A DNA stretch of 64,000 nt from an uncultured Altererythrobacter sp. (GCA_913056125.1 CAJXNC010000012.1:18861-82860); one strand, 5' to 3'. Shown: positions 26,714-36,328, numbered from the stretch's first letter. Notes: generated from the sequence alone by a model not told the origin. Translations and numbers: made by a program.

Positions 26714-27997
26714 ATGACCAGTTTCAGAATCACGGGCGCGAGCGGGATGTTGTATCGCGCGCTTGCCGCAGCCGTTCTTCTCCTCACTCCCATCGCTGCC
26801 GCCGCACAGGATGTGGAGCAGCGCGCGAGGGAAATTGTGGAAGTGCTGCATGGAGAGGCGGTCTACACTGACGTGTTCGACGACGTCTTTACCGCACGGA
26901 CTTCGCAAGAGCGGTTCTCTGCCATGTTTGACCCGGTAGCCGCCCAATACGGCCCTTTGGTCGGGCTGGAAGAAGTTGAAGCGACATCGCCAACCGCCGC
27001 CCGATTCGCCTTCCGTTTCGAGCGCGGGTTCGCTTGGGGCGCATTCAATCTTTCCGGCGAAGCGCCGTTCCGCGTGGCAGGGATCATTGTGAACAACACC
27101 GGCCCGGCCGATGACACAGCCGAAAAACTGTTGGCCGATTTCCAGGCATTACCGGGAGAGTCATCAATCCTGATTGCACCGCTAAATGGTGGTGCGCCTG
27201 TGCTGTCATACAATGCCGACCGGCAGCTGGGCATCGGGTCCGCCTTCAAGCTGTACATACTTTCCGCGCTCGCCCGCCAGGTTGCAGCAGGAGAGCGCAG
27301 CTGGAGCGATGTCGTGCCGCTCGACAGCAGCGGACCTTCGGGCATCACAAGCACGTGGCCTGAAGGCGGGCCGACCACGCTTCACACGCTCGCCACACAG
27401 ATGATCTCGGTCAGCGACAATAACGCCACCGACCAGCTTCTGTCATTGCTCGGGCGTAGCGCAGTGGAGGCAGAGGTTGCCGCATCGGGTCATTCCGATC
27501 CGGCACTGCTGGTTCCCTTCATGGCGGCGCGCGAGATGATCGCGCTGAAGATCGACGGCGATATCGACGCCTATCGCGCCGCAGATGCGGCCGGCCGCCT
27601 CGCCGCGCTTGAAGCCACGGCCGACAGTGAAATTGACATGTTCGAATTCATGATGACCTTTACCGGCAACCCCACGGCGCTCGATATCGAATGGCTGGTG
27701 TCGGGTGAGGACATGGCCAATCTCATGCGCCGGATCAGTGAGCTCGAAGACCCCACGGCACGCAGTATCATGGCAGTGAACACCAATGTTCCTGACCATT
27801 TGGCTGGGGATTGGCAATATTTCGGTTACAAAGGTGGTTCGGAACCCGGGGTGATCAACTTGAGCTGGCTGCTGCAGGATCATCACGGCGGATGGCATGT
27901 GGTGACCATGAGCTGGAACAACCCGGAGGCGGAAATCATCCTCCCGCAGTTCAGAGATCTCTCAGCGCGCGCCATCGCGCTGGCCCGGCCACAATAA
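26714..27997 (+). CDS. Secreted serine hydrolase with class A beta-lactamase fold (Cpe/LpqF-like two-domain protein)
   Basis: Frame of ORF 26594..27997, with the start at ATG 26714 (signal-like LYRALAAAVLLLTPIAAAAQ). SxxK = SAFK (GIGSAFKLYIL), SDN = SVSDNNATD, KTG-like = YKGGSEPG. Confidence 0.8.
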   Translation: MTSFRITGASGMLYRALAAAVLLLTPIAAAAQDVEQRAREIVEVLHGEAVYTDVFDDVFTARTSQERFSAMFDPVAAQYGPLVGLEEVEATSPTAARFAFRFERGFAWGAFNLSGEAPFRVAGIIVNNTGPADDTAEKLLADFQALPGESSILIAPLNGGAPVLSYNADRQLGIGSAFKLYILSALARQVAAGERSWSDVVPLDSSGPSGITSTWPEGGPTTLHTLATQMISVSDNNATDQLLSLLGRSAVEAEVAASGHSDPALLVPFMAAREMIALKIDGDIDAYRAADAAGRLAALEATADSEIDMFEFMMTFTGNPTALDIEWLVSGEDMANLMRRISELEDPTARSIMAVNTNVPDHLAGDWQYFGYKGGSEPGVINLSWLLQDHHGGWHVVTMSWNNPEAEIILPQFRDLSARAIALARPQ

Positions 27998-28054
27998 CCC
28001 AAGTCTCACTTTCAGGAGCGACGCTCGGGCGGAAATCGCCCACTTCCAGGGAAT

Positions 28055-29437
28055 TCACTCCACCGGCCGGTCCGGATCAAGCAGGTCGGCCTCGGCGGCC
28101 TTCGTGTCGGCCCGTTCCTCCTCGACCATGCGCGCGATCTCGTCGGCGGGCGCTACATCAGCTTCGGTGCTGTCGGGTGCAGGTGGGGGCGGTGCAGGGA
28201 CGGGAGCAGCTGGCGATGCAGCGGTGGTCAGTTCGGCCGACCCCGTCGGCAAGGGCGCGCTGCGCGGATCGAAACGGAGGCGGTAGATCGGTTCGGGTAT
28301 TGCGAATCCGGCCTGCTCAAGCGCATCCTTGACCGCAGGGATGGCGCGGCTCTTGGCCTTGTACCAGTCAGTCTTTTCCTGATCGATCCAGCCGAGAAAA
28401 CTGAGCACGATGTTGGAATCGCCGACCGCGACCACGCGGCCCTGCGGTTCGGGATCGTCGAGCACGAAGTCGAGCGAACGCAGCACGTCCACACCGAGGT
28501 GGCGCGCAGCGGTGGGATCGTCATCCGCATCGATCCCGATCTCGAAGTCGAAGCGGCGCTGCGGATTGCGCGTGTAATTGAGGATCACCGCCTTGAAGAC
28601 TTGCGCGTTGGGAATACGCAAATGATTGCCGTCGAGCGTCATCAGGATCGTCGCGCGGCTGGTCAGGCGGATGACGCGGCCTTCATGCTGGTCGATCACC
28701 ACCCAGTCATTGGCGCGGAAGGGCTGGCGCACGCTGAGCATCAAGGAGGCGACATAGTTCTCCACCGTGTCGCGCATGGCAAAGCCGAGCGCGATGCCGA
28801 TCACGCCCGCACCACCAAGCACCGCGCCAAGCAGCGTTCCGGCGCCAACCATGTCGAGCGCAATCACAATGCCGAAGATCACGAAGATGAACCGGATCGC
28901 GCTGGCGATCAGTTCAGCCAGGAAGACATTGGGAGTGATCCGGCGCCACAGGCCGGTAAGCGCGGCCAGCGCGTAGCCGAAGGCAGAAATAAGCAGCGCG
29001 GCTAGCAGTGCCGCGCCGAACAGCGGCAGGTTTCGGGTGAAGGTGGCGATCTTGTCGCCCAATGGCCCGAGGCCGAAGCCGCTATCGACCGAAACGTCCC
29101 GCTCGATATTGTTCTCGATCGTCACCACGCCACTGACGCGCTCGGCGATGGCGACAGCCCTGTCCGCCGCATCGGCATCTTCCACGGTCCCGGCAAGAGT
29201 GACAACGCCTTCCTCGACGCCGACCGTGACGCCGGTGAGGCTGGGCACCTCGGCAAAGATGCCCGCGATGCGATCCGAAATACGTTCATCCTGCCCGCTT
29301 TCGGGCTCAGCCTCGATCTCGCTCGGAGCCATGGTCGGCTGCGGCTCCGGCGCTTCGACCGGTAGGAGTGCGGCATGGGCCGCGCCCGCCCAGAAGAGCA
29401 GGAATGCAGCAAGCAGGTGGCGCAGGTAAATGCACAT
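28055..29437 (-). CDS. Mechanosensitive ion channel (MscS family) with N-terminal periplasmic BON domain
   Basis: 460-aa ORF with a signal peptide. BON-like VTVGVEEGVVTLAGTVEDADAADRAVAIAERVSGVVTIENNI. MscS core: ANDWVVIDQHEGRVIRLTSRATILMTLDGNHLRIPNAQVF. Confidence 0.85.
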   Translation of the reverse strand: MCIYLRHLLAAFLLFWAGAAHAALLPVEAPEPQPTMAPSEIEAEPESGQDERISDRIAGIFAEVPSLTGVTVGVEEGVVTLAGTVEDADAADRAVAIAERVSGVVTIENNIERDVSVDSGFGLGPLGDKIATFTRNLPLFGAALLAALLISAFGYALAALTGLWRRITPNVFLAELIASAIRFIFVIFGIVIALDMVGAGTLLGAVLGGAGVIGIALGFAMRDTVENYVASLMLSVRQPFRANDWVVIDQHEGRVIRLTSRATILMTLDGNHLRIPNAQVFKAVILNYTRNPQRRFDFEIGIDADDDPTAARHLGVDVLRSLDFVLDDPEPQGRVVAVGDSNIVLSFLGWIDQEKTDWYKAKSRAIPAVKDALEQAGFAIPEPIYRLRFDPRSAPLPTGSAELTTAASPAAPVPAPPPPAPDSTEADVAPADEIARMVEEERADTKAAEADLLDPDRPVE

Positions 29438-29496
29438 GCAGTCAGCCTAGCGCCTCGCGCGCGGCAGGCAAACCAATGTGGAGAACATGGCCCGCT

Positions 29497-29880
29497 TCAG
29501 GCGAAAAGGAACGAAAGGCCCTTGATGAGTGCGGTGATGCCGAGCGGAAGGCCAATGGCCGCGCACCAGATGATCGCCCGGTCGCGCGCAAAGGCACCGG
29601 CCAGATCGGGATTTCGTGTTTCCTCCTCTGGCAGGTCGGTCCAGCGTTTCTCGATCATCCAGCATGCCGGGATAATCGCCACCACCAGCAGCACCAGCGC
29701 GAAATAGGGCAATATGCTGTTATTGTTCGCCTTGAGTGCCACCGAGGTAACAAAAATCTGCAGGCCCGTGTAGACCAGCAGGCCGAACGCCACGTGGTCG
29801 CTCATCTTGCGACCCCATCCATTTGCCCCAGCCGTGCGCTTCTGCGTCTGTTCGGCGGAGCCTTCCAGCGCGTGTCCCAT
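29497..29880 (-). CDS. Small membrane protein, unknown function (alternative start at 29805)
   Basis: 127-aa ORF with three hydrophobic helices (FGLLVYTGLQIFVTSVAL, ILPYFALVLLVVAIIPACW, IIWCAAIGLPLGITALI). I recognise no family. Confidence 0.5.
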   Translation of the reverse strand: MGHALEGSAEQTQKRTAGANGWGRKMSDHVAFGLLVYTGLQIFVTSVALKANNNSILPYFALVLLVVAIIPACWMIEKRWTDLPEEETRNPDLAGAFARDRAIIWCAAIGLPLGITALIKGLSFLFA

Positions 29881-30053
29881 GCGCCTCTCTCCTCTCCATT
29901 CCCTGACTGTCCTTATCGCGCTTCCCCGTCATGGTGGCAAGGGCAGTAACCATATGTTCAAAATGCTGCTGCAATCAGCCTGCCGATGAATGTCATGCAT
30001 GAATCTTGCCAAACGGCCTTCAAAGCGCAGCATTCCGTGCTATCTGGACGCCC

Positions 30054-30866
30054 ATGACCACGCTCGAGAACGACGCGATCGACACCAACGCTCTGGCCGA
30101 GGCCATGGAGCATGCCTCTGCAAATGCCGCTCCGCCGCTGAGTGGAGAGGGTCTGGAAGTCATCTCCATCGCCAAGAGCTATGACAAGCGCGCCGTACTC
30201 AGCGATATTTCGCTGACCGTTGCCAAGGGCGAAGTGCTCGGCCTGCTCGGCCCCAATGGCGCGGGCAAGACCACCTGCTTCTATTCGATCATGGGCCTCG
30301 TCCGGCCGGATTCGGGCCGCATCCTGATGGACGGGGAGGACGTGACTGCCCTGCCCATGTATCGCCGCGCCATCCTCGGCCTCGGCTACCTCCCGCAGGA
30401 GACCAGCATTTTCCGCGGTATGACCGTGGAACAGAACATCAAATGCGTGCTGGAAATGGTCGAACCCGACCCCAAGGTGCGCGAGGAAGAGCTCGAAAAA
30501 CTACTCGAGGAATTCCACATCACCCGCCTGCGCGACAGCCCGGCCATGGCGCTGTCGGGCGGTGAACGCCGCCGCTGCGAGATCGCCCGCGCGCTGGCGG
30601 CAAAACCGTCCATCATGTTGCTGGACGAACCTTTCGCGGGCATCGACCCGCTCTCGATCGCCGATATCCGCAGCCTTGTGATCGACCTCAAGAATCGCGG
30701 CATCGGCGTGCTGATCACCGATCACAATGTCCGCGAGACGCTCGATATCGTGGACCGCGCCTGCATCATTTACGGCGGGCAGGTCCTGTTTGCCGGCAGC
30801 CCGCAGGAACTGGTCGCGGACGAGAATGTGCGGCGTCTCTATCTCGGCGAATCCTTTACGCTGTGA
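30054..30866 (+). CDS. lptB: LPS export ABC transporter ATP-binding protein
   Basis: Frame of ORF 30006..30866, with the start at ATG 30054. GLLGPNGAGKTT Walker A, LSGGERRRCEIARAL signature, and the position directly upstream of rpoN. Confidence 0.92.
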   Translation: MTTLENDAIDTNALAEAMEHASANAAPPLSGEGLEVISIAKSYDKRAVLSDISLTVAKGEVLGLLGPNGAGKTTCFYSIMGLVRPDSGRILMDGEDVTALPMYRRAILGLGYLPQETSIFRGMTVEQNIKCVLEMVEPDPKVREEELEKLLEEFHITRLRDSPAMALSGGERRRCEIARALAAKPSIMLLDEPFAGIDPLSIADIRSLVIDLKNRGIGVLITDHNVRETLDIVDRACIIYGGQVLFAGSPQELVADENVRRLYLGESFTL

Positions 30867-30889
30867 TGCCTTCGCGGGAGGTCTGACCA

Positions 30890-32353
30890 ATGGCGCTGGG
30901 ACCGAGGTTAGACCTCCGGCAGACCCAATCGCTGGTGATGACGCCTCAGCTGCAGCAGGCGATCAAGCTGCTGGCGCTGTCCAATCTCGAGATCGAGGCC
31001 TTTATCGGAGATGCGCTGGACAACAACCCGCTGCTGGAAGCGGGCGAAACCAGCCGCGAGGCGGGCGAGTCTCCCGAAAGCGATGCAGCGGACGATGCTT
31101 CCACATCGGACGAACTGATGATGGCAGGCGCGGGCGAGGCCGATGCCCCGCTCGATATCGATCCGGATGCTCTCGACCGTGACCGCGACACTGGCGACTG
31201 GTCGGCAGCACATGGATCGGGCCCGGGTGAAGACAGTTACGATTTCGCCGAACAGGGCGAGAGCGAACCAAGCTTGGCCGAACATCTGGAAGCGCAGATC
31301 GGTCCCGTGGCTCCGGACGAACGGACTGCCTTTGTCGCGCGCCATATCATCAACCTGCTCGACGAAGCGGGATACCTCACCGTGCCCCTGCGGGAGATCG
31401 CCGGCGACCTCGGCGTAACCCTTGTCGATGTCGAGGCCGCGCTCGAAGTGGTGCAATCGCTCGAACCCACGGGAGTTGGCGCGCGCAGTCTGTCCGAATG
31501 CTTGACGCTGCAGGCGAAGGAGGCCGACCGCTACGACCCCTGCATGCAGGTGATGCTCGCCAACCTCGAACTGCTCGGCAAGGGCAGCTTCGCGCAGTTG
31601 AGACGCATCTGCGATGTCGATGACGAGGACCTTGCCGAGATGCTGGCCGAACTGCGCGGCTACGATCCGCGACCGGGCCTCAAATTCGGCGGAGGAGGCC
31701 AGGCGCCGGTCGTCCCCGATATCCTGATCACCGCGGCGAAAGATGGCGGCTGGGACATTGCGCTCAACCAGGCGACCTTGCCGCGCCTCGTGGTCAATCG
31801 CGACTATTATGTCGAGCTGCGCGGCGGCTGCACCGACAAGCAATCGAAGAGCTGGCTGTCGGAAAAGCTCGCCGATGCCAATTGGCTGATCAAGGCGCTC
31901 GACCAAAGGCAGAAGACGATCCTCAAGGTCGCCGCCGAGATCGTGAAGCAGCAGGACGGCTTCTTCCGCAAGGGCGTGTCCGAGCTGAAACCGCTCACCC
32001 TCGCCAAGGTGGCCGAGGCGATCGAGATGCATGAAAGCACGGTCAGCCGCGTGACCAGCAACAAGTACCTCCACTGCGATCGCGGGACATTCGAGCTGAA
32101 GTATTTCTTCACCAGCGGTGTCGGCGGCGGCACCGATGGTGAAGGCGCGAGCGCGGAGGCGGTCAAGGCGCGGATCAAGGCGCTGACCGATGCCGAGGAT
32201 CCGAAGAAGATCCTGTCGGACGACAAGCTGGTGGAACTGCTCAAGGGCGAAGGCTTCGACCTCGCGCGGCGCACCGTCGCCAAATATCGCGAGGCGATCG
32301 GGATCGGCTCATCGGTTCAGAGACGGCGACAGAAGAAGCTGGAGAGCATTTGA
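30890..32353 (+). CDS. rpoN: RNA polymerase sigma-54 factor
   Basis: 487-aa ORF. N-terminal LRQTQSLVMTPQLQQAIKLLALSNLEL-type region I and a C-terminal RpoN box (ARRTVAKYRE). Confidence 0.96.
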   Translation: MALGPRLDLRQTQSLVMTPQLQQAIKLLALSNLEIEAFIGDALDNNPLLEAGETSREAGESPESDAADDASTSDELMMAGAGEADAPLDIDPDALDRDRDTGDWSAAHGSGPGEDSYDFAEQGESEPSLAEHLEAQIGPVAPDERTAFVARHIINLLDEAGYLTVPLREIAGDLGVTLVDVEAALEVVQSLEPTGVGARSLSECLTLQAKEADRYDPCMQVMLANLELLGKGSFAQLRRICDVDDEDLAEMLAELRGYDPRPGLKFGGGGQAPVVPDILITAAKDGGWDIALNQATLPRLVVNRDYYVELRGGCTDKQSKSWLSEKLADANWLIKALDQRQKTILKVAAEIVKQQDGFFRKGVSELKPLTLAKVAEAIEMHESTVSRVTSNKYLHCDRGTFELKYFFTSGVGGGTDGEGASAEAVKARIKALTDAEDPKKILSDDKLVELLKGEGFDLARRTVAKYREAIGIGSSVQRRRQKKLESI

Positions 32354-32359
32354 TGTTCC

Positions 32360-32379
32360 GCCCGCCCATCCGGGCGGGC
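32360..32379 (+). terminator. GC-rich hairpin just after the rpoN stop
   Basis: GCCCGCCC-ATCC-GGGCGGGC, a perfect 8-bp stem with no U-tract. Confidence 0.35.
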
Positions 32380-32613
32380 ATCCTCGGTGCTGTCCCTCCG
32401 CCGGGACATTCGTTCCGGCTGCAGGGCACCTGCGGGCGGCCCGTCGGCCTTGCGGTCACTGGCGTGACCGTTTCCTTGCGCAATCCGTATGGCTTGGAGA
32501 GCTTCGCGAGGCGAAGCCGAGTGCAAGCGCGACTGCGCGTCGGCCGGTCAGGCCGGAAGCCAAGCTAGCCGGATGGCTCGCGCCCGGCGTTTGAGGGACC
32601 CCAAAAACACTGT

Positions 32614-32692
32614 GACTCGAAAGACTCACATGGAAATCGTTAACGCGTTAAACTTCTTATTAACCTTTTTTGGTGAGAAGTTGCGTGGTTAA
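32614..32692 (+). promoter_or_regulatory. ctrA upstream control region: two GANTC (CcrM) sites, palindrome TTAACGCGTTAA and further TTAA half-sites in an AT-rich island
   Basis: GACTC at 32614-32618 and 32623-32627. TTAA at 32640, 32648, 32660 (TTAAC) and 32689. The spacing between the 32648 and 32660 sites is 8 nt, not the canonical 7. Confidence 0.45.
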
Positions 32693-32765
32693 TTCAAGGC
32701 AACCTCTCCTACCGGGTCGTTAATCGGGACGAGAGATTACCGCAGGGGATAAAGGGGACACCCAA

Positions 32766-33461
32766 ATGCGCGTTCTGCTGATCGAAGACGAGCCGACAAC
32801 CGCCAAGGCCATCGAGCTGATGCTCACGACCGAAGGCTTCAATGTCTATTCCACCGATCTGGGCGAGGAAGGCCTCGATCTGGGCAAGCTGTATGATTAC
32901 GATATCATCCTGCTCGACCTCAACCTGCCCGACATGCATGGTTACGATGTGCTCAAGAAATTGCGCGTCGCCAAGGTGCAGACCCCGGTCCTGATCCTTT
33001 CCGGAATTTCGGAAATGGACAGCAAGATTCGCTCGTTCGGCTTCGGCGCGGACGATTATGTGACCAAGCCGTTCCACCGTGACGAGCTGGTCGCCCGCAT
33101 CCACGCCGTTGTGCGTCGCTCCAAGGGCCACAGCCAGTCGGTCATCCGCACCGGCAAGCTGGCGGTGAACCTCGACGCCAAGACCGTGGAAGTCGATGGC
33201 GCCCGCGTCCACCTGACCGGCAAGGAATATGCGATGCTCGAGCTGCTTTCGCTCCGCAAGGGCACCACGCTGACCAAGGAAATGTTCCTCAACCATTTGT
33301 ATGGCGGCATGGACGAACCCGAACTCAAGATCATCGACGTGTTCATCTGCAAGCTGCGCAAGAAGCTCTCGAGCGCGTGTGGCGGCGAGAACTACATCGA
33401 AACCGTCTGGGGCCGCGGCTATGTGCTGCGCGATCCGGACGAGGCTGTCGAAGCCGCGTAA
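32766..33461 (+). CDS. ctrA: Cell-cycle response regulator CtrA
   Basis: 231-aa ORF, near-colinear with Caulobacter CtrA as I remember it (MRVLLIEDE...[26 protein letters not shown]...[51 protein letters not shown]...[13 protein letters not shown]). Confidence 0.96.
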   Translation: MRVLLIEDEPTTAKAIELMLTTEGFNVYSTDLGEEGLDLGKLYDYDIILLDLNLPDMHGYDVLKKLRVAKVQTPVLILSGISEMDSKIRSFGFGADDYVTKPFHRDELVARIHAVVRRSKGHSQSVIRTGKLAVNLDAKTVEVDGARVHLTGKEYAMLELLSLRKGTTLTKEMFLNHLYGGMDEPELKIIDVFICKLRKKLSSACGGENYIETVWGRGYVLRDPDEAVEAA

Positions 33462-33497
33462 CGCCTTTCGGCACCCGCCGAATAGGGGGGACAGGGA

Positions 33498-33532
33498 CGG
33501 CTCGCTTCCGGGATCGGAAGCGGGCCGTTTTT
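33498..33532 (+). terminator. Rho-independent terminator of ctrA
   Basis: 13-bp stem CGGCTCGCTTCCG / CGGAAGCGGGCCG (one G-U pair), loop GGAT, followed by TTTTT. Confidence 0.8.
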
Positions 33533-33535
33533 GTG

Positions 33536-34774
33536 TCAGGCGTCGCGACCGGAGAGCGACTTGAGGTCCAGCCCGCTCGGCTCCTGGAATAGGCGCAGGT
33601 CGAATTCGGGCAGGATGGCAATGAGGTGGTCGAACAGGTCCGACTGGATCCCTTCGTAATCCGCCCACTGCGTGGTCCCCGTGAAGCAATAGACTTGGAG
33701 CGGCAGGCCCTGCGGCGTGGGCTCGAGCTGGCGCACCAGCGTGGTCATCTTGCCGGTTAGGCGTTTATGCGCCTTGAGATAGGCAACGATATAGGCGCGC
33801 AGCATGCCGATATTGGTGAAGCGCCGCGCATTGACCGGATTGGTGTCGCCCGCCAATTCGCGCTCGTTCCACGCCTTGAGCTCGGCATCCTTCTCATCGA
33901 GATAGTCACTCAGCAGACGGAAGCGTCGCAGGCTATTCACTTCCTCATCGGTCAAGAAGCGAATCGAGTTCTGGTCGATCGGCAAGGACCGCTTGATCCG
34001 CCGTCCGCCTGCCTCGCGCATGCCCCGCCAGTTCTTGTAGCTCTCGGCGATCAGCTTGTAGGTCGGGATGGTGGTGATGGTCTTGTCGAAATTCTGCACC
34101 TTCACCGTGTGGAGCGCGATGTCGACAACATCGCCGTCGGCATTCATGCTCGGCATCTCGATCCAGTCGCCCACGCGCAGCATGTCATTGGAAGAAAGCT
34201 GCACGCTCGCCACCAGCGAGAGGATCGTGTCCTTGAAGACCAGCAGCAGCACCGCGGCCATGGCGCCGAGGCCGGAGAGCAGCAGAAGCGGGCTCTCTTC
34301 GATCAGGACGGCGATGCCAAGGATCGTGGCCGCGCAATAGACCCCGATCTTGAGAACCTGGACATAGCCCTTGATCGGCTTGTTTTTCGCCTGCGGCTGG
34401 CGATTGTAGAGCTCGTTGACGTAATCGAGGCCCTTGCTCACTGCCATGGCGACCGACAGCACGATGCAGGCCCGCGCCACGTTGACGATGGCAAAGACCA
34501 CCTCGTCGGGCAGGTTGGGAACGTAGGGAACGCCGCGCGAGATGATCAGCAACGGCAAAACGGTAGACAAGCGTGCGGCAGCCTTGTCGGCAGTCATCGT
34601 GCGCGTGTCGAGGAAGGGCGCGGCCAACCGCAGGATGACCTTCTTGAGAAGCCAGTTGACCGCCAGCGCAGCCAGCGCGAGCAGCACCAGGCCGATAAGC
34701 GACTGGACCCACAAGGGCTGTCCGGTGAAGAATGTATTGAACTGTTCGATCATGGCAGCGCGGACTAGCCGCAT
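33536..34774 (-). CDS. Mechanosensitive ion channel family protein (YbdG/MscM-like); alternative start 34753
   Basis: 412-aa ORF. MLRVGDWIEMPSMNADGDVVDIALHTVKVQNFDKTITTIPTYKLI is the MscS beta-domain signature. Confidence 0.85.
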   Translation of the reverse strand: MRLVRAAMIEQFNTFFTGQPLWVQSLIGLVLLALAALAVNWLLKKVILRLAAPFLDTRTMTADKAAARLSTVLPLLIISRGVPYVPNLPDEVVFAIVNVARACIVLSVAMAVSKGLDYVNELYNRQPQAKNKPIKGYVQVLKIGVYCAATILGIAVLIEESPLLLLSGLGAMAAVLLLVFKDTILSLVASVQLSSNDMLRVGDWIEMPSMNADGDVVDIALHTVKVQNFDKTITTIPTYKLIAESYKNWRGMREAGGRRIKRSLPIDQNSIRFLTDEEVNSLRRFRLLSDYLDEKDAELKAWNERELAGDTNPVNARRFTNIGMLRAYIVAYLKAHKRLTGKMTTLVRQLEPTPQGLPLQVYCFTGTTQWADYEGIQSDLFDHLIAILPEFDLRLFQEPSGLDLKSLSGRDA

Positions 34775-34839
34775 TCGACAGATGACCTCAAGCCCACCGC
34801 TCTGGACAATTTGCCCAGAACCCGCTTAGCGCGGCCATC

Positions 34840-35541
34840 ATGAGTGCACACAAGGAAGGTGATCCGACGACCCTCAAGCGGCTCTATGGCCGCAGCCAGG
34901 GCAAGCCGCTGCGCGCCGCGCAGCAGGAGCTGGTCGACAATCTCTTGCCCAGTATCGCCGTGCCCGAGGAAGGTCCCGTCACCGCAGAGCGACTGTTCAA
35001 TGAGGACTGCCCGCTGCATTTCGAAATCGGCTTCGGCGGCGGCGAGCACATGGCCTATCGCGCCGACCTGCTGCCCAATCACGGTTTCATCGGCGCCGAG
35101 CCGTTCCTCAACGGCGTGGCCAGCGCGTTGACCCATGTGAAGGAAGGCAACCTTGCCAATGTCCGCATCCAGCATGGCGATGCACTGCAGGTTCTCGAAC
35201 GCGTGCCCGATGGCGCGCTGACTATGCTCTACCTGCTGCATCCCGATCCCTGGCCCAAGGCCCGCCATGCCAAGCGACGGATGATGAATGACGGGCCGGT
35301 GCGCATGTTCGCCGACAAGCTCAAGCCCGGCGGCGAGTTCCGCTTCGGCACCGACCATCCGATCTATCTGCGCCACGCGCTGATGGTGATGCGCCGCTTC
35401 ACCACTGAGTTCGAATGGGTCGTCGAGGGGCCGCAAAGCTGGCAGGTCCGCCCCTCCGGTTGGCCCAAGACGCGTTACGAGACCAAGGCGCGCAACGTCT
35501 TCGGCCATGAAGTCTGGTATTTCCGCTTCCGCAGGAAATAG
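34840..35541 (+). CDS. trmB: tRNA (guanine46-N7)-methyltransferase
   Basis: 233-aa ORF. FEIGFGGGEH...LHPDPWPKARHAKRR motif. Confidence 0.92.
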   Translation: MSAHKEGDPTTLKRLYGRSQGKPLRAAQQELVDNLLPSIAVPEEGPVTAERLFNEDCPLHFEIGFGGGEHMAYRADLLPNHGFIGAEPFLNGVASALTHVKEGNLANVRIQHGDALQVLERVPDGALTMLYLLHPDPWPKARHAKRRMMNDGPVRMFADKLKPGGEFRFGTDHPIYLRHALMVMRRFTTEFEWVVEGPQSWQVRPSGWPKTRYETKARNVFGHEVWYFRFRRK

Positions 35542-35557
35542 GTGATATTGCGAACCG

Positions 35558-36268
35558 ATGAAGCGGTTCAACATCTGGTTCGGCGGGATCTTCGCAGCCT
35601 TCGGGCTGGTGTTCGCCGGTGTCGGCTCCTGGTTCTGGTTTAGCGACCTCGATCTTGCCGCGAACGGCGAGCGAGCGCAGGGCCGCGTCGTCGGTTTCGA
35701 GGAGAGCTATTCCTCTGACAATGGCACGACCTATCGCCCGCGCGTCAGCTTCACCGACGCAAACGGTCAACTGCACACTTTCACAGGATCGATCGGATCG
35801 AGCCCGCCCAGCTTCGACCGGGGCGAGGAGGTGGAGGTCATTTACGATCCCTGGACGCCCGAACAGGCGCTGATCGACAGCTTTGGCCAGCGCTACCTCT
35901 TCCCGCTGGCCTTTGGTGGCTTCGGGCTGGTCTTCGCCGGAATAGGCTTCGGCATGATGGGCTGGGGCATCAGGCGCCGCATGATCATCGATCGACTGAA
36001 ACTGAGCGGCGTGCCGATCGAGGCCGATTTCGGACAAGCCTATCTCGACACCAGCGTGAAGGTGAACGGTCGCAGCCCGTGGCGGGTCACCGCACAGGCA
36101 ACGCATCCTTTCACTGGCAAGCTGGAGACGTTCAAGAGCGAGCGTATCTGGGCCAATCCGTCCGGCCTGCTAAGCGGCAAGAAGGTCCGCGTGCTGGTCG
36201 ATCCCAATAATCCCAAGCGCCACTATATCGATCTCGACGAATATCTCGGCGAGAGCGCCAGCGGATAG
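35558..36268 (+). CDS. DUF3592 domain membrane protein
   Basis: 236-aa ORF. TM helix - beta-rich module (RAQGRVVGFEE...YRPRVSFTD...GEEVEVIYDP) - two TM helices - a second similar module. Confidence 0.65.
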   Translation: MKRFNIWFGGIFAAFGLVFAGVGSWFWFSDLDLAANGERAQGRVVGFEESYSSDNGTTYRPRVSFTDANGQLHTFTGSIGSSPPSFDRGEEVEVIYDPWTPEQALIDSFGQRYLFPLAFGGFGLVFAGIGFGMMGWGIRRRMIIDRLKLSGVPIEADFGQAYLDTSVKVNGRSPWRVTAQATHPFTGKLETFKSERIWANPSGLLSGKKVRVLVDPNNPKRHYIDLDEYLGESASG

Positions 36269-36328
36269 GAACATTCGCCAACCCAATGCCGTTGGCAGGG
36301 GAAGAAGTATGAAAATCGGGAGCTTTTC

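Noticed and set aside
22976-27997. Idea that the TIR protein and the blaI/blaR1/hydrolase genes form one operon-level system
   Set aside because: They are separated by the ppa pseudogene fragment and by a dedicated BlaI-type operator/promoter. The duplication footprint indicates the TIR gene arrived independently, so adjacency alone does not support a functional link.
32648-32664. Canonical CtrA box upstream of ctrA
   Set aside because: The two TTAA half-sites are separated by 8 nt, not 7. I kept it only as a TTAA-rich region, not as a called CtrA box.
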